DNA of 64,000 bases from NCBI GenBank assembly GCA_000002445.1, contig CP000069.1, forward strand, positions 1,120,001 through 1,184,000, read 5' to 3'. This document shows positions 46,526-57,460 of the stretch, piece by piece. The position numbers and the translations under genes were made by a program. Within the stretch, counting starts at the first letter, position 1, and each line of letters opens with the position of its first letter. Source of the stretch: Trypanosoma brucei. Lineage: Eukaryota. The notes beneath the pieces were generated by a model, which saw only the letters and a program-made list of their open reading frames with translations, was not told the origin of the DNA and ran no database searches.

Positions 46526-46652
46526 ATAAATATATATATATATATAAGCCCAACACCCACATGTAAGACCGCACCATACAACGGTCAGCTGTACGATGTG
46601 GTACATGGAAAATTCCTATCGATGAACGCTTATATATATATATATATATATA
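46526..46652. repeat. two (TA)n microsatellites flanking a short unique spacer
   Basis: tatatatatatatatata lies at ~46530. tatatatatatatatatatata lies at ~46630. Confidence 0.7.
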
Positions 46653-46941
46653 CACAAGTAAGAGCCTCTTTGTTAAATCACCAAACACCTCCACCCTCCA
46701 AAAAAAAAAAAAAGAGCTCACAGCAGTTTTGAGTTTACACGGTACTGTTACCGCCTCATGGCAAGTTAACCCGCACCCCCCCCCCTCAAACACACACAAA
46801 CACACACACACACAAGCCGTATTTTCTCCATACCCGCACTTTCCTGAGGCTACGAGATATTACCACCAAATATAAACCAAAACCGGCCTAACTGCTCCTC
46901 CCAGGGTTTTCCTGCCGACTTTACGCTACCGAATCAAGGCG

Positions 46942-47805
46942 CTACCGCGTCTGACCGCGTCTAGCGAGAATTCGGTTGCGCTTCTCGCTTAAGTGTTCGT
47001 CCAGCATATTGCAACGCTTGTCGAGAACTTTTATATACATTGCTGCATTCATGAGAGCTGGATCGACCCATTGTTGCAAATGAGGAAAAGATGCCAGGTA
47101 CCCATTAGAAGCACGTTTACTCTCCGTATCTGATGTAGCTAAGGAAGGAATAATTTGTGGTTTAAGTGATCGTGCGTGTGACCGAATTTGGCGAAAGAAC
47201 CCCACTTCGCTACTATCTTGGCTCATCAGTATCCGACCTGCCTTTTCGGGTAAACCATCACTGACATCACTCAACGTTTTATTCTTTTTAAGCAGTTCTC
47301 GAGTCCTGTCGAGCACCCTGTACCCAACAGAAAATGGCAGCTCCAGCACTTGTAAAGAAAAGCATCCTTCCAATGCCGAAATTAAATGCGAGGAGTTTTT
47401 CTCTAGTATTCCTGTACCGACGAGATGTATCGATTTAATTGTAGGAACGCCCTGAATAATTCGACCAATTTCCGGTGAGGAGGCACTTGTGATACCGGGG
47501 TTCTTTGAAAGATCTAAATGAACCAAACACTTTCTCGTGCAAATGGCGTGTGCAAGATGTATGATGTCCAGATCCTTCAAACTGCACGAACGAAGACTAA
47601 GTGACTCAATGGGATTGGAACCCTTAAGAATAGCAGCAAGAATCCCAATGGCATCATCTGTAAAGGTATTATGATCAAAGACTAAATTGCAGTAAAAGTC
47701 ATTGCTGCATATCGCATCGCGTAGACGCTGTAAGACATTAGAGTCCAGCACAAATGTGGTATTGTCGCTGAAGTCAATAGCACGACGCTCGTGGTCAATA
47801 ATCAT
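46942..47805 (-). CDS. leucine-rich repeat (RNI-like) protein
   Basis: Repeated LxxLxLxxN/C units are present, e.g. IESLSLRSCSLKDLDI, LVHLDLSKNPGI, IKSIHLVGTGI and LQVLELPFS. The ATG is at 47803..47805. Confidence 0.7.
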   Translation of the reverse strand: MIIDHERRAIDFSDNTTFVLDSNVLQRLRDAICSNDFYCNLVFDHNTFTDDAIGILAAILKGSNPIESLSLRSCSLKDLDIIHLAHAICTRKCLVHLDLSKNPGITSASSPEIGRIIQGVPTIKSIHLVGTGILEKNSSHLISALEGCFSLQVLELPFSVGYRVLDRTRELLKKNKTLSDVSDGLPEKAGRILMSQDSSEVGFFRQIRSHARSLKPQIIPSLATSDTESKRASNGYLASFPHLQQWVDPALMNAAMYIKVLDKRCNMLDEHLSEKRNRILARRGQTR

Positions 47806-48956
47806 TGCTGACCTCTTCCCGTTGCCCTCAATTCAACGACACTCAGAAAGTCGCAAAAGAAAACCTTTTCTAAGCTTGACACAGGAATGATCATAAATAT
47901 TAAAATAAGATGAAAATGGGGGGAAATAGGGGCGGATGCCACCGCAAGATAGGAATTTTAATTTTAACCAATATATCCAAATCAAATAAAAGATTAGTAC
48001 ATGTATGCTTGTCCATAGATATATATATATATATATATATGTGGTAAATGTGAGTGTGTTTACTATACGGATCACCTTCATCGCGAAGCGTAACTCAACG
48101 GTATCATTTCACGGAACATCTCTCTTGAAGAAACGTCCGACTCGAGGGAGGGAAAGAGGAAAAAAAAAATACCTAAATGGAAAGGGGGGGAGATGAGGGG
48201 GTCGTGTATTTCGAGAGTGTCGATGATTCACACAAAAAGAAACTCACTCACTCACATACGGATGGAATATGTACATGTGTGTTTGTGTTTTTTGTGAATG
48301 AGTTTCTGTTTGCATGAATGTATGCATGTATTCATACGTTTATTCTTCTTTGAAGAAAATGTAAGAAAGAAACGCGAATACAACGGCAAAAACAGCAACA
48401 ACACAAATCAAAAATAAACAAAAATCACCTTTCGTCACTATCACTCTCAGACACTGAAAACAAAGAAGTCATGTGAAGGATGAAGTCCCAAGTTTCGGTG
48501 CGGTTGGTGAGAGCCCCCATCAGAATTTTTTTTAAAAAAGAGATAAAACAAGTAGTGAGAACAAAAACAATATGCCCAGTAAAAGTATTTCACGTGCGTA
48601 GGAAGATGATGCAACACCGTGCTCTAGAAAGGAGGGAGGTGGGGGAAGGATGAATGAATTTTTTTTGTATAATGACAAAAAAAAGACTTGGGAATGCATG
48701 GAGAATAGAAGAAAAAGAGAGAGAGGAGGTGGAAAGCAAGGACAACATATCACCCGTAGTCGGTAATGTGTCAAATACACAACCTTCGGGGACCTCGGTG
48801 AAGTGAGTAAAAAAAAACATTTGCACATCCTAACTGATCCATATGGGGAGAAACACACTCCACACATTGTTTTCCGACCACTTGTGATGCCCCACACATT
48901 AGTAAATCAGTAACAACAAATATATAAACATACGCAGTGTACCGACGGCGCAGCAA

Positions 48957-48989
48957 CACAAACAAACAAACAAACAAACAAACAAACAA
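48957..48989. repeat. (CAAA)n microsatellite
   Basis: acaaacaaacaaacaaacaaacaaacaaacaag. Confidence 0.8.
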
Positions 48990-49098
48990 GAGAGAAAGAA
49001 AGAGAAGGGTATAGAAAGGTTTAACGAGAGTATCGCTTTCGACACAGGGATGCGGCATGTATGTACATAAGTGTTGCCCTTGGTCAGTTTTAACTTTT

Positions 49099-51234
49099 TC
49101 ACTCATCATTTACCTCCCCTTCCGATAGACACTCTTCCAAGTTAAGTTTTGCGTAAGTTTCAAACATGTCGTGCTCATCGGAAGAATTTTCATCGTAATC
49201 TTTTCTCACATTCCCTAATTTTACATCAAACTGGCCCTTTACCCTCCCGTCCCCTCGGCCCTTCGTTCCTCCTGCACTGAGCCCGCCATTTGATGCCCCT
49301 TCTTCCAAACTACCAGCCGAGTCGTATGAATCACATTCCTCCTCGTCCGTCTCCTCGACTTTTTCATCCCCATCCTCATCCTCCTCTTCCCCTTCCCCTT
49401 CTACTCCCACTTCTTCTCCTCCTTCCTCTTCTTCCTCTTCCTCTTCTTCCCCCTCTTCTTCTTGTGAATATTTCCTCTCCTGCAACTGCCCTTCTTCGCT
49501 TTGCCCCTCACTGGCCTCCTCATTATTATCCTCTTCGGTATCCTCGGCATCCTTATGCGTACGCCCTGCGGGACCATGTAGATCAGAGGCGTCGCCAAAT
49601 GCACGTGGACCCATTGACTGCCGCCTAAGAAGAGCAAGTGGCGATTCACCATTGGTAAAGAGACGCCACAGGGCATCGGCTTGTCGTTGAGTTATGATTT
49701 TTTCCTCAACAAACTGTAAAAGATGCTCGTATTCAATTGGAACAGGTTTGTTGGCGTTCTTTTCCGGAAGCCCGAATGCCGTCTTCCGAGTCAAAAACGA
49801 GGCGCATTTAAAGGAGTCCTGCATGGTCGTATTATCCGTGATTTCTTCAGGGACATAAGATCCCACCCCAGCTTCCAATGGTGCGCTAATGGGGCGGAAC
49901 GTTTTTGGAGGAAGTATTTTACTCTTTGGGGGAGCCTGTTTTCTGTCCTGTGCAAGTGTTGACAAGATGGTTGATCCCTTGTTCGTCCCCTTGACCAGAG
50001 CACCAGGCATAGGTGGCGACACAACAGGAGGGTCCGGTGCTGTTTCCGCTCTCCTGGGGACCTCTTTCACAAGCCTATTTAAGTCACGTTCCTTGCGCTT
50101 CGCATTTTTCAGTTCGTTTTTCAATTGTTTGACTTGTTCCTCCCAATTTCGCTCTTTCTCCCTCATCTTCGCCATTTGTATCTCACGTGTCTCTAACTCT
50201 TTTTGTAGTCGTCCCAACTGGTTTTCCGTCATACGTGCCTGTGTACTTCGGGGGCCCACGGGTGCAGGTCCTGCGCGCCCTCGCGCTTCATTCGAGCGGC
50301 CTCGAGGGCCTGCGACATTTCTTGCCTTCCCTGACCGCCCAGGCACACCATTGAGGAGAGGTGTCCCCAACAGTTCCTGAGCATTTGATTCTATTGCCCT
50401 TCCCGATGATTGTGTGCTCTCCACTGGCCGCCGCCCCGGAAACCCCTCAACAATTTCCAGCGGAGGAAGATGCCCACCCGGACGCTTGGGCGACTGGGCA
50501 AAGTTCTTTCGTCCCCCACTAACAGGCGGTTTCACCAAACCCATATGTAAGGGAGGTGCTTGTTTTAACTGCCGTTGAGGGCTCGGTTGTTTCGGTTGCT
50601 GCGCCTGAAGTTGAGCCTTCACCTCATCCACGTTGAAGTTACGAGGTAAGCAGTTTGAGTCAAAGGTTTTGGGTGAATCGGCAACCAACGGACTGCAATG
50701 TGGAGATGCACCCAACCCAATTCGTTCCCGTACGTTTGGAGTACCAAGGAGGTTAGGCGCACCATTGCTTTTCGGTGGGCGTGACGTCAGGCCGACTGGT
50801 AGGGATTTGGTGTTATATTCATTCTGAGGTGCTAAAGGGTTACCCTCTGACGTGCTCATAGAGAAGTTTGGTGGCAGTGAGTTCGATTGGTACACTGGCC
50901 GTAACGCAGTAACGCCATTCCTAATTCCATTTGACGGACCCTGCTGCGCGCCCCCGGTAGATTTAACTATGAAGTCATCGGGGTCGCCTTGAGGAACAAT
51001 TTTAATTTGATTGTCTTCAAAATTCATATTGTAAGTTTGCTCCTTCACAGTGTTCCTCACCCCATTAGCCAGTTTTTTTCCGATACCCGCCTCTTCTTTC
51101 CGCTTTTTGACCTGCGCGACCTGCTTGTCCAGAGCCTCCTTCAGCGCACGTTGTTTCATTTTACTTTGTATAACATCTTTCAGTTTCTCCTCCGTAAGTA
51201 TTACTGGTTTTCCAAATACCACATGGTCGGACAT
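49099..51234 (-). CDS. hypothetical protein with coiled-coil segment and poly-acidic (E/G/D) C-terminal tail
   Basis: This is a 711-aa ORF with its ATG at 51232..51234. A coiled coil runs from QLGRLQKELETREIQMAKMREKERNWEEQVKQLKNELKNAKRKERDL. The C-terminal tail reads EEEGEEEEEEEEEGGEEVGVEGEGEEEDEDGDE and is encoded by the CT-rich + strand at ~49300-49470. Confidence 0.6.
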   Translation of the reverse strand: MSDHVVFGKPVILTEEKLKDVIQSKMKQRALKEALDKQVAQVKKRKEEAGIGKKLANGVRNTVKEQTYNMNFEDNQIKIVPQGDPDDFIVKSTGGAQQGPSNGIRNGVTALRPVYQSNSLPPNFSMSTSEGNPLAPQNEYNTKSLPVGLTSRPPKSNGAPNLLGTPNVRERIGLGASPHCSPLVADSPKTFDSNCLPRNFNVDEVKAQLQAQQPKQPSPQRQLKQAPPLHMGLVKPPVSGGRKNFAQSPKRPGGHLPPLEIVEGFPGRRPVESTQSSGRAIESNAQELLGTPLLNGVPGRSGKARNVAGPRGRSNEARGRAGPAPVGPRSTQARMTENQLGRLQKELETREIQMAKMREKERNWEEQVKQLKNELKNAKRKERDLNRLVKEVPRRAETAPDPPVVSPPMPGALVKGTNKGSTILSTLAQDRKQAPPKSKILPPKTFRPISAPLEAGVGSYVPEEITDNTTMQDSFKCASFLTRKTAFGLPEKNANKPVPIEYEHLLQFVEEKIITQRQADALWRLFTNGESPLALLRRQSMGPRAFGDASDLHGPAGRTHKDAEDTEEDNNEEASEGQSEEGQLQERKYSQEEEGEEEEEEEEEGGEEVGVEGEGEEEDEDGDEKVEETDEEECDSYDSAGSLEEGASNGGLSAGGTKGRGDGRVKGQFDVKLGNVRKDYDENSSDEHDMFETYAKLNLEECLSEGEVNDE

Positions 51235-53821
51235 ACAGCCAACTAGTGAGGAGGGAAAGTACGTCTATGAGGAGCCACTGGCTTAGTCTTTACGCGGTTA
51301 ATACTATAATAATAATAAAAGAAAATCTCGTACGGTATTTTGTATAACTGTCTGACAACCTGTAGTGTTCCTCTATCCCCTGCCTCTCTCCCTACGAGTA
51401 CCTATACGCAGGGTGGATAGGACAGAGGATAAAAACAAAAACAAAAAAAAAATAGGAAAGGTGAAAAAGATACTACGTCTGGTGCCTCGGTATATTTCTT
51501 ATCTTTAACTACACTAGCGCTTCCCTCGCCTTGATTTTTTTCGTTTCGGTGGAGGTCAAGTTGATATTTCACACACTTCCTTCTAGAAATGACGTCCGGA
51601 ATATTACCAGCGAATGTATATAATATTTATATGCTTATATATTTATGTGCCAATGGGTGAAGTGATTACCGTTTAGGTCCGACTAACACCAGGATCACAA
51701 CTGTACCAATGCTAACCTGTAGTTATCAACAAAAGGAAACCTTTTGAGATGTGAGAAAAGTAATGGAAGCGGAAAAAAAACGGGAACGATAATAGCGAGT
51801 GGGTAGTAGCAAAAAGCAAATCACATTAGTAAACATATCATGAGTGCATGTCGGTAATACAAGAAAAACTGCTGGTGAAGTGGCACATTCGCTCCACAAA
51901 AAATAAATAAATGTGTTTCCTTTTGGTTCCAGGTGCCTTAAGTGCTGATTTTGACGCAAGGCGTCGATGTATGAAAAAGGCGTTTATTTTCCACAACGGA
52001 GTCCTTTACAAGTGAATTGGCCCCAGTCAGCCGTAACAGTTGTGATCGCATCCACATTTACCTTCAATGGACATGCAAACAGCTGAGCAAAACTCCCAAC
52101 TTACAACCATTTTAAACAAATGGTTCATTATATGCACATGCATTAGCCACAAAATAGCTGCCAACCCACTCCAACCGCTCTTCTGAACCGCACATATCGG
52201 GGCCAAACTCCACGTACAACATTTACTGTTCGCTGGAAAGTCATTTATTCCCATTATGAAATATCACCATTTTATGCAAATTCAGAACAGGTATGTACTT
52301 GATTCTATATGTTTGATTCCCCTAACACAAATCCTGCAATAAGAAACACAAGACTTTAAAAAAAAAAAAAGAGCTGAGGTTTGAAGGCACAAGCCCAAAC
52401 ATGCGGAGGAAACCAGTAGTAAATAGCATCACGAACTTCTTTAAGCAGCACCTTTTTAAAGATGTGCAGTATTGCGACAACAATATTAATAGTAAGGGTG
52501 GCAAACAAAAAAAATTCGTGGTTAACTGTCAGTCCACCCCATGGGTAGTTCCCCAACCCAAACACACATCATCACACACATAAATGGTGCAGATGTGATA
52601 GAAACGGCCATCGGAACTTCCCGCGAGGGGAATAAATGGAAACCAATCAAAAAAAAATGGTTAACACAACAACACACACGATTTAACTTGATACCGTACA
52701 CTTCATAATGGACCTCATCCCGCCAGATACCGCACAGAAGCTAAATAAACCATGGTGGACGCAAGAAAGGCACAAATGTCACCGATATCTTTTTTTTCTC
52801 CTCCCTCAACCCAAAAGCCCCAAATATTTAAATCCTTCCCTTTTTTTAAGTTACCTTCCACCGACCACAAGATGCATGAAGGAGAACAACATGAAAGGGG
52901 AGAGGGAAGAGGAAACAAAAAGGTTCGACAGCTGTAATAATATGCGTATGTTTTGCGTTGCAGTTCAGTGGCGCGCGCCAATCGCTCATCCAAATTAATA
53001 GGATAAAAGGGAACTAGTCGTCGCAACTCGAAAAAAAAAATGAGCGATAACTATAAGCTCAGTGAAGGTCAGACAATAACAATATCAACACATGCATCTA
53101 CACGCGGGGTGTTGACGTACAAACCGTTAGGTATACCACCCATTGAATGGGTAATATATGTTCTTAAATGCACAAAGGAGTGTGTGAACATGTATATATA
53201 TATATATATATACACCTTTTCACAATGCAAACAAATACATATGAACACACTTCTTTAACCCACAGAAGCGTAGCATCATCTCCACTTTTCACCTTTGCCC
53301 CTAAACAACATATTTAAATTTGTTTTTTTTCTAAAAAAGAGGGGGTATTTCGTTAAAGAAAAATACCCTTCCTTCCCCCAATACTTCGCTTGTTTACTAT
53401 TTCAGTGCCACAAACACTTTGACGCAGCCCAGAATCACGAATAGAGTATGACTTGTTTCTCAATTTCCCTTTTCCATATGCTTCCATTTGCAGGAGTAAA
53501 GAGAGAAAAAGAGAAATTGAGAAACAACTCATATGTTAGGTCACAATTGGATAATAGCATCTTCCAATATGTCTTCACGTCGTCTCCCATTCACAAACCT
53601 TTGCACTCGCCAAAAAGGAATTAAAAAAAGAGAGTAAAAAACAGCAACCTACTACTGGCAAACCACTAAAATTCACGTTCACCATCCACAACCGTTGCCT
53701 TATTCGCGCTCGCACAACAAACCACACCTTTTCATCCACCATTATCCCCATTTTACAGGCATGCGCAGCAAAATGTGCGCGCAAGTTGGAAAAAAAAGGA
53801 GGGGTTGATGACACAAATTGT

Positions 53822-55072
53822 TTAGGAGGAAGCACCACCGTTGGCCCCACCTCCGCCATTATTCAGTAGAATATTTTGGAACTTAAGCATGAGATTCATC
53901 ACTTCTGGGTCATTCATATGTTGTTGAAACGCAGAGGGGCCATTGCGTTGCACATCTTCCATGATGGCACGTAACCTTGGATTGCGTCCCGCCTCTTCTT
54001 CTTTAAATCGCTCCAATGCCTCGCGGTCGATATCTCCAAACAAACGTGTGAAATCCACATCACCTCCTGCTGAAAGCATTCCCATACCTGAACCCATCAA
54101 CCGGGCCACCTCCTCCGGATTATCGGATAAACCGCCAATACGTGAGGCCATTTGTACCACTGCCTGGTTGAACTGTGGGTTCGACATTAGGCGTGTGGCG
54201 GTCTCAACAAATTGCGGGTTCTTCATCACTTCCGCAACCTGAGAGAAATTGAACATTCCGTCTGCACCAAAAGGAGTTCCACCCATTCCCGCAGTGGCAG
54301 AGTTGCTCTGCTTTGCCTTTTCCTCCACCTGCTTCAGGTCCTCCCTGTAACGTTCATTGGTGGGATCCAACTCACATGCCTTGCTGAAGGCGTCAACAGC
54401 ACGCTGATAATTCTCTTGGTAGAAGAGGGTTGTTCCGAGTCGTGAGTATGCTTTGGCATATGTAGGACAAATTGAAATGGATCGCTCACAGTCAATAATC
54501 GCACTGCGGTAGTCCTTTAAGTGAGTGTGAGCAGCTGCTCGATTGGCGAAAAAGACGTGGTTTTCGGGTTCCATCTCAATTGCTTTGGTGTAATACGCCA
54601 CGGCTTGCTTATAGTTGGCGAGTCCCATGAGTTCATTCCCCTTGTTTTTGATCTCTTCAGCTGTCATTCCCTCATATGGGTTGTTACGCTTTTCAAACTT
54701 TTCCCTCGCTTTCTCCAGACGAGAATTATACTCCTCTGACCCCTCTTCAGCACCTGCAAAGTAACCTTTCTTACGGAGTAAATCGAGAAAGGCGTTAAAT
54801 TTATCATCCTGCTGAATGCTGACGCTTTTCTTCATTTCGTTTAGTGCCTGTTGAAAGGCTGGGAGAAGCGCAACGCCCGTGTCGTGGCAACCGCCTACAC
54901 CTGCAGGATCCACACCATATTCCTCACCTAGCAACTGCACAATGGCGGTCACACGGTCAGGTGTGGAAGTTTCAGTGGACCGTATCATTTGAATGAAGGA
55001 AAATATAAGCTTCTTATAATCTTCCGTAACAGCCTGGGGGACCGGTACAGAACCTTCAGCTGCTCCACTCAT
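53822..55072 (-). CDS. SGT: small glutamine-rich tetratricopeptide repeat protein (SGT) co-chaperone
   Basis: An N-terminal dimerisation region is followed by three TPRs (AEEIKNKGNELMGLANYKQAVAYYTKAIEMEP..., HVFFANRAAAHTHLKDYRSAIIDCERSISICP..., AKAYSRLGTTLFYQENYQRAVDAFSKACELDP). The C-terminal region is Q/M/G-rich. The ATG is at 55070..55072. Confidence 0.85.
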   Translation of the reverse strand: MSGAAEGSVPVPQAVTEDYKKLIFSFIQMIRSTETSTPDRVTAIVQLLGEEYGVDPAGVGGCHDTGVALLPAFQQALNEMKKSVSIQQDDKFNAFLDLLRKKGYFAGAEEGSEEYNSRLEKAREKFEKRNNPYEGMTAEEIKNKGNELMGLANYKQAVAYYTKAIEMEPENHVFFANRAAAHTHLKDYRSAIIDCERSISICPTYAKAYSRLGTTLFYQENYQRAVDAFSKACELDPTNERYREDLKQVEEKAKQSNSATAGMGGTPFGADGMFNFSQVAEVMKNPQFVETATRLMSNPQFNQAVVQMASRIGGLSDNPEEVARLMGSGMGMLSAGGDVDFTRLFGDIDREALERFKEEEAGRNPRLRAIMEDVQRNGPSAFQQHMNDPEVMNLMLKFQNILLNNGGGGANGGASS

Positions 55073-55619
55073 TGGTTTATTTGCGTTGATAGAGTTTTAG
55101 TTACTTGTGCGGGAAAATACCTAAAATATATAAGTACGTAAATATATTTTATGTGTGATAAGGTATGCTCAAAAATAATGGCGCACCTTCTTTACTATTG
55201 CTTTCACTAGCGCACGAAAATCCGCCGTTGAGCAAACGAGTATAAAATAATAATAATAGTTAAAAAAAGTAGGGGAAACACATGTATAAGATATCAAACA
55301 TATCCCTTCATACATTCTGTTCAATACCGTTAGCTTGCAGTGTATGAAAACCATCCACCCGTTACACCCGCATGCAAACAAACACGGACCTCTAAACAAA
55401 ATGACCAATAAGTTGACAACAAGTGAAAACGAGGAGAAAATAAAAGGAAAAAAAAAGTGTGGCTGCATTTGTCACTCAACATTGACACATTCCGCTGCAC
55501 ACTCCTGATAAAAGACGACGGGAGGGTTGTTTTTGTTTTTTGTTTTTCCTCCTCTCACCCTCTCAGTGATTGAGCGACAACTGAAGTGGCAGCCCCCTTC
55601 CCCGGCCTAAACGGACCGT

Positions 55620-55778
55620 TTATTTCTTTCCGCCCTTCATTTTCGCAATGGCCTCCTTTTCAGCCTTCTGCTGTTCGCGCATTTTATTACGAAACGCGAC
55701 GTCGTCATCGTCCAACTCTTGCCGATCCTTCTTAGGTGCTTTAAGAGGTTTTTGTTTACCACCTTGACGTGTGGACAT
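55620..55778 (-). CDS. TMA7: TMA7 family (translation machinery-associated protein 7 / CCDC72-like) small protein, 52 aa
   Basis: The ORF is absent from the six-frame track because it is under 60 aa. The reverse complement of 55620..55778 translates to MSTRQGGKQKPLKAPKKDRQELDDDDVAFRNKMREQQKAEKEAIAKMKGGKK. This matches the TMA7 consensus MSGREGGKKKPLKQPKK...E.D.E..AFK.K.KEEQKK. The ATG is at 55776..55778 and the TAA at 55620..55622. Confidence 0.75.
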   Translation of the reverse strand: MSTRQGGKQKPLKAPKKDRQELDDDDVAFRNKMREQQKAEKEAIAKMKGGKK

Positions 55779-55971
55779 GGCGAGTGGAGTTGTTGGTTAC
55801 AGCTGGTGTCGTTTGTTTTATTGCTGGTATAAGATGTTCTGCTTGGAACTTTGAGGCTTCGGAGAAACGCACTGGAAAAGATCAGGAGAAGAAAAAAAGA
55901 GAAGAATAAAATATTATTATATATATATATATTTTTGCTTTTATTAATGATCCCTCCCGCATACACACATA

Positions 55972-55974
<3 letters not shown>

Positions 55975-56012
<38 letters not shown>
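55975..56012. repeat. (AT)n microsatellite (~19 units)
   Basis: atatatatatatatatatatatatatatatatatat lies between the TMA7-like ORF and the next upstream gene. Confidence 0.85.
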
Positions 56013-56015
<3 letters not shown>

Positions 56016-56422
56016 TACGAATACGAACATGAACACGAATATTTCCACTTCCACACGCAGGCAGAAAAAAAAACACGGAGAGAAAGATAGCAAATGTAAT
56101 AGCTTCTGAGAAGCACATATTCCGGAACCACGCAGTAGCACGCAGCAGTGCGATATTTAAAAAATAATAATAATAATGAAACTGCTGCAAGCTCGGACAT
56201 TTTCACCTCCTACCACCATGGTCTTCACACACAAACACAAATACTCATGCATGTATGGACGAGTTAATATAAGAGAATAAGAATTTTCTATTCTCTCAAA
56301 AATGTTCGCCCAACCGTCGTATCTTATATATAAATATATATATATATATATTATATTATATTCAGGTGAGTCGAAAAAAAAAAAAATGACGCAACGTTCC
56401 GGTGCCAAGTCCTGTCAAGCAA

Positions 56423-56743
56423 TTACAAACTTCCCTTCAAATGGCAAGCGCCGTCAGCTTCGTGAATCTCCAATTTGTACTCCTGCACAGGGCTCAACAC
56501 ACCTGTGAATGGCGTCTCAAGGAAGGAACCATCAGCCTCCACGCGTCGGATGTGTGCCGTCATCGAAAAGGTGGTTGCTTGTACAATTTTTTGCTCCAGT
56601 TTAGCAGTTTCTCCAGGTTTTATTGTAAGGTTCACCTCCTCATCAGCCGCATCAGGAACGGCATAAAAGGCTTTAACCTTTACCTCTTTCGAAGTCAGAT
56701 TCTTCACGAGTGCGGAGTACACATGCGGAGGGGCGCGCACCAT
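56423..56743 (-). CDS. small hypothetical protein (106 aa)
   Basis: The ATG is at 56741..56743. An AG-rich PPT lies on the + strand immediately upstream (56750-56870). The protein has globular-looking composition (MVRAPPHVYSALVKNLTSKEVKVKAFYAV...). The overlapping + strand ORF 56402..56899 is low-complexity. Confidence 0.45.
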   Translation of the reverse strand: MVRAPPHVYSALVKNLTSKEVKVKAFYAVPDAADEEVNLTIKPGETAKLEQKIVQATTFSMTAHIRRVEADGSFLETPFTGVLSPVQEYKLEIHEADGACHLKGSL

Positions 56744-57460
56744 TTCGTTTGTGTTGTTGTATTATCAGAAAATAACAAAGAAAAAAACAATAATAATGAT
56801 AATAATAATAATGGCACTGTGAAGGTAATGAAACTGAAAACTTCACCTCCCTGTTATTTTCGCTGGTTACCAAATATTTTCCTATCTTTTTCTTCATAAT
56901 AATTTTTTTTAATGAGAAAAATAAAGAAAAGTGTAAACCAATAAAACATAAACGGGGAAAGTTAGGGGATGATGAATCCACCGAAGGCTAATATTTTAAT
57001 GTAAACATTAATATATATATATATATATATATATTCAAAACGGAACATGTAAACATGAAATGGTTCTTGCAAAAAAAAAAAATGAACTCCCTCCTGCCCA
57101 ACATCGGTAGTCAGTCAAGAAAAGAAATGAATTCGCTAGCAGAAAATAAATGATCTGCATGACTACCTGTAAAAATACAAAAAAAAACCGAACGAGTCCC
57201 CTCGCATATATCATTTAACCACTGCTTACACCGTGTTCAGATGAGGCGCCGTGTTGAACTTTAAAAAAAAAAAAAGGAAAATTGGAACGGATACAGAAGA
57301 GAGGCCTCCATAGCGTGACCAACAACAAGTAATTTGACGTGTGCAACACAACACGAGACCGCACATGATCAAATTCTTTCATCATTAACGTCGGCATAGT
57401 CAGGCCTGGCGATACTCTTCAGAGGTGTTTTACTGACTGATCAACAACACATGTCGCACA

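Noticed and set aside
55637-56206. 189-aa minus-strand ORF from the track
   Set aside because: It runs through the (AT)19 microsatellite and A-rich intergenic DNA, and starts in non-genic sequence. The real gene here is the 52-aa TMA7-like ORF in a different frame.
56402-56899. 165-aa + strand ORF overlapping the small minus-strand gene
   Set aside because: It is antisense to a better-behaved minus-strand ORF (56423..56743) that has an ATG and an upstream PPT. The + strand translation ends in N-rich low complexity from the (ATA)n tract.
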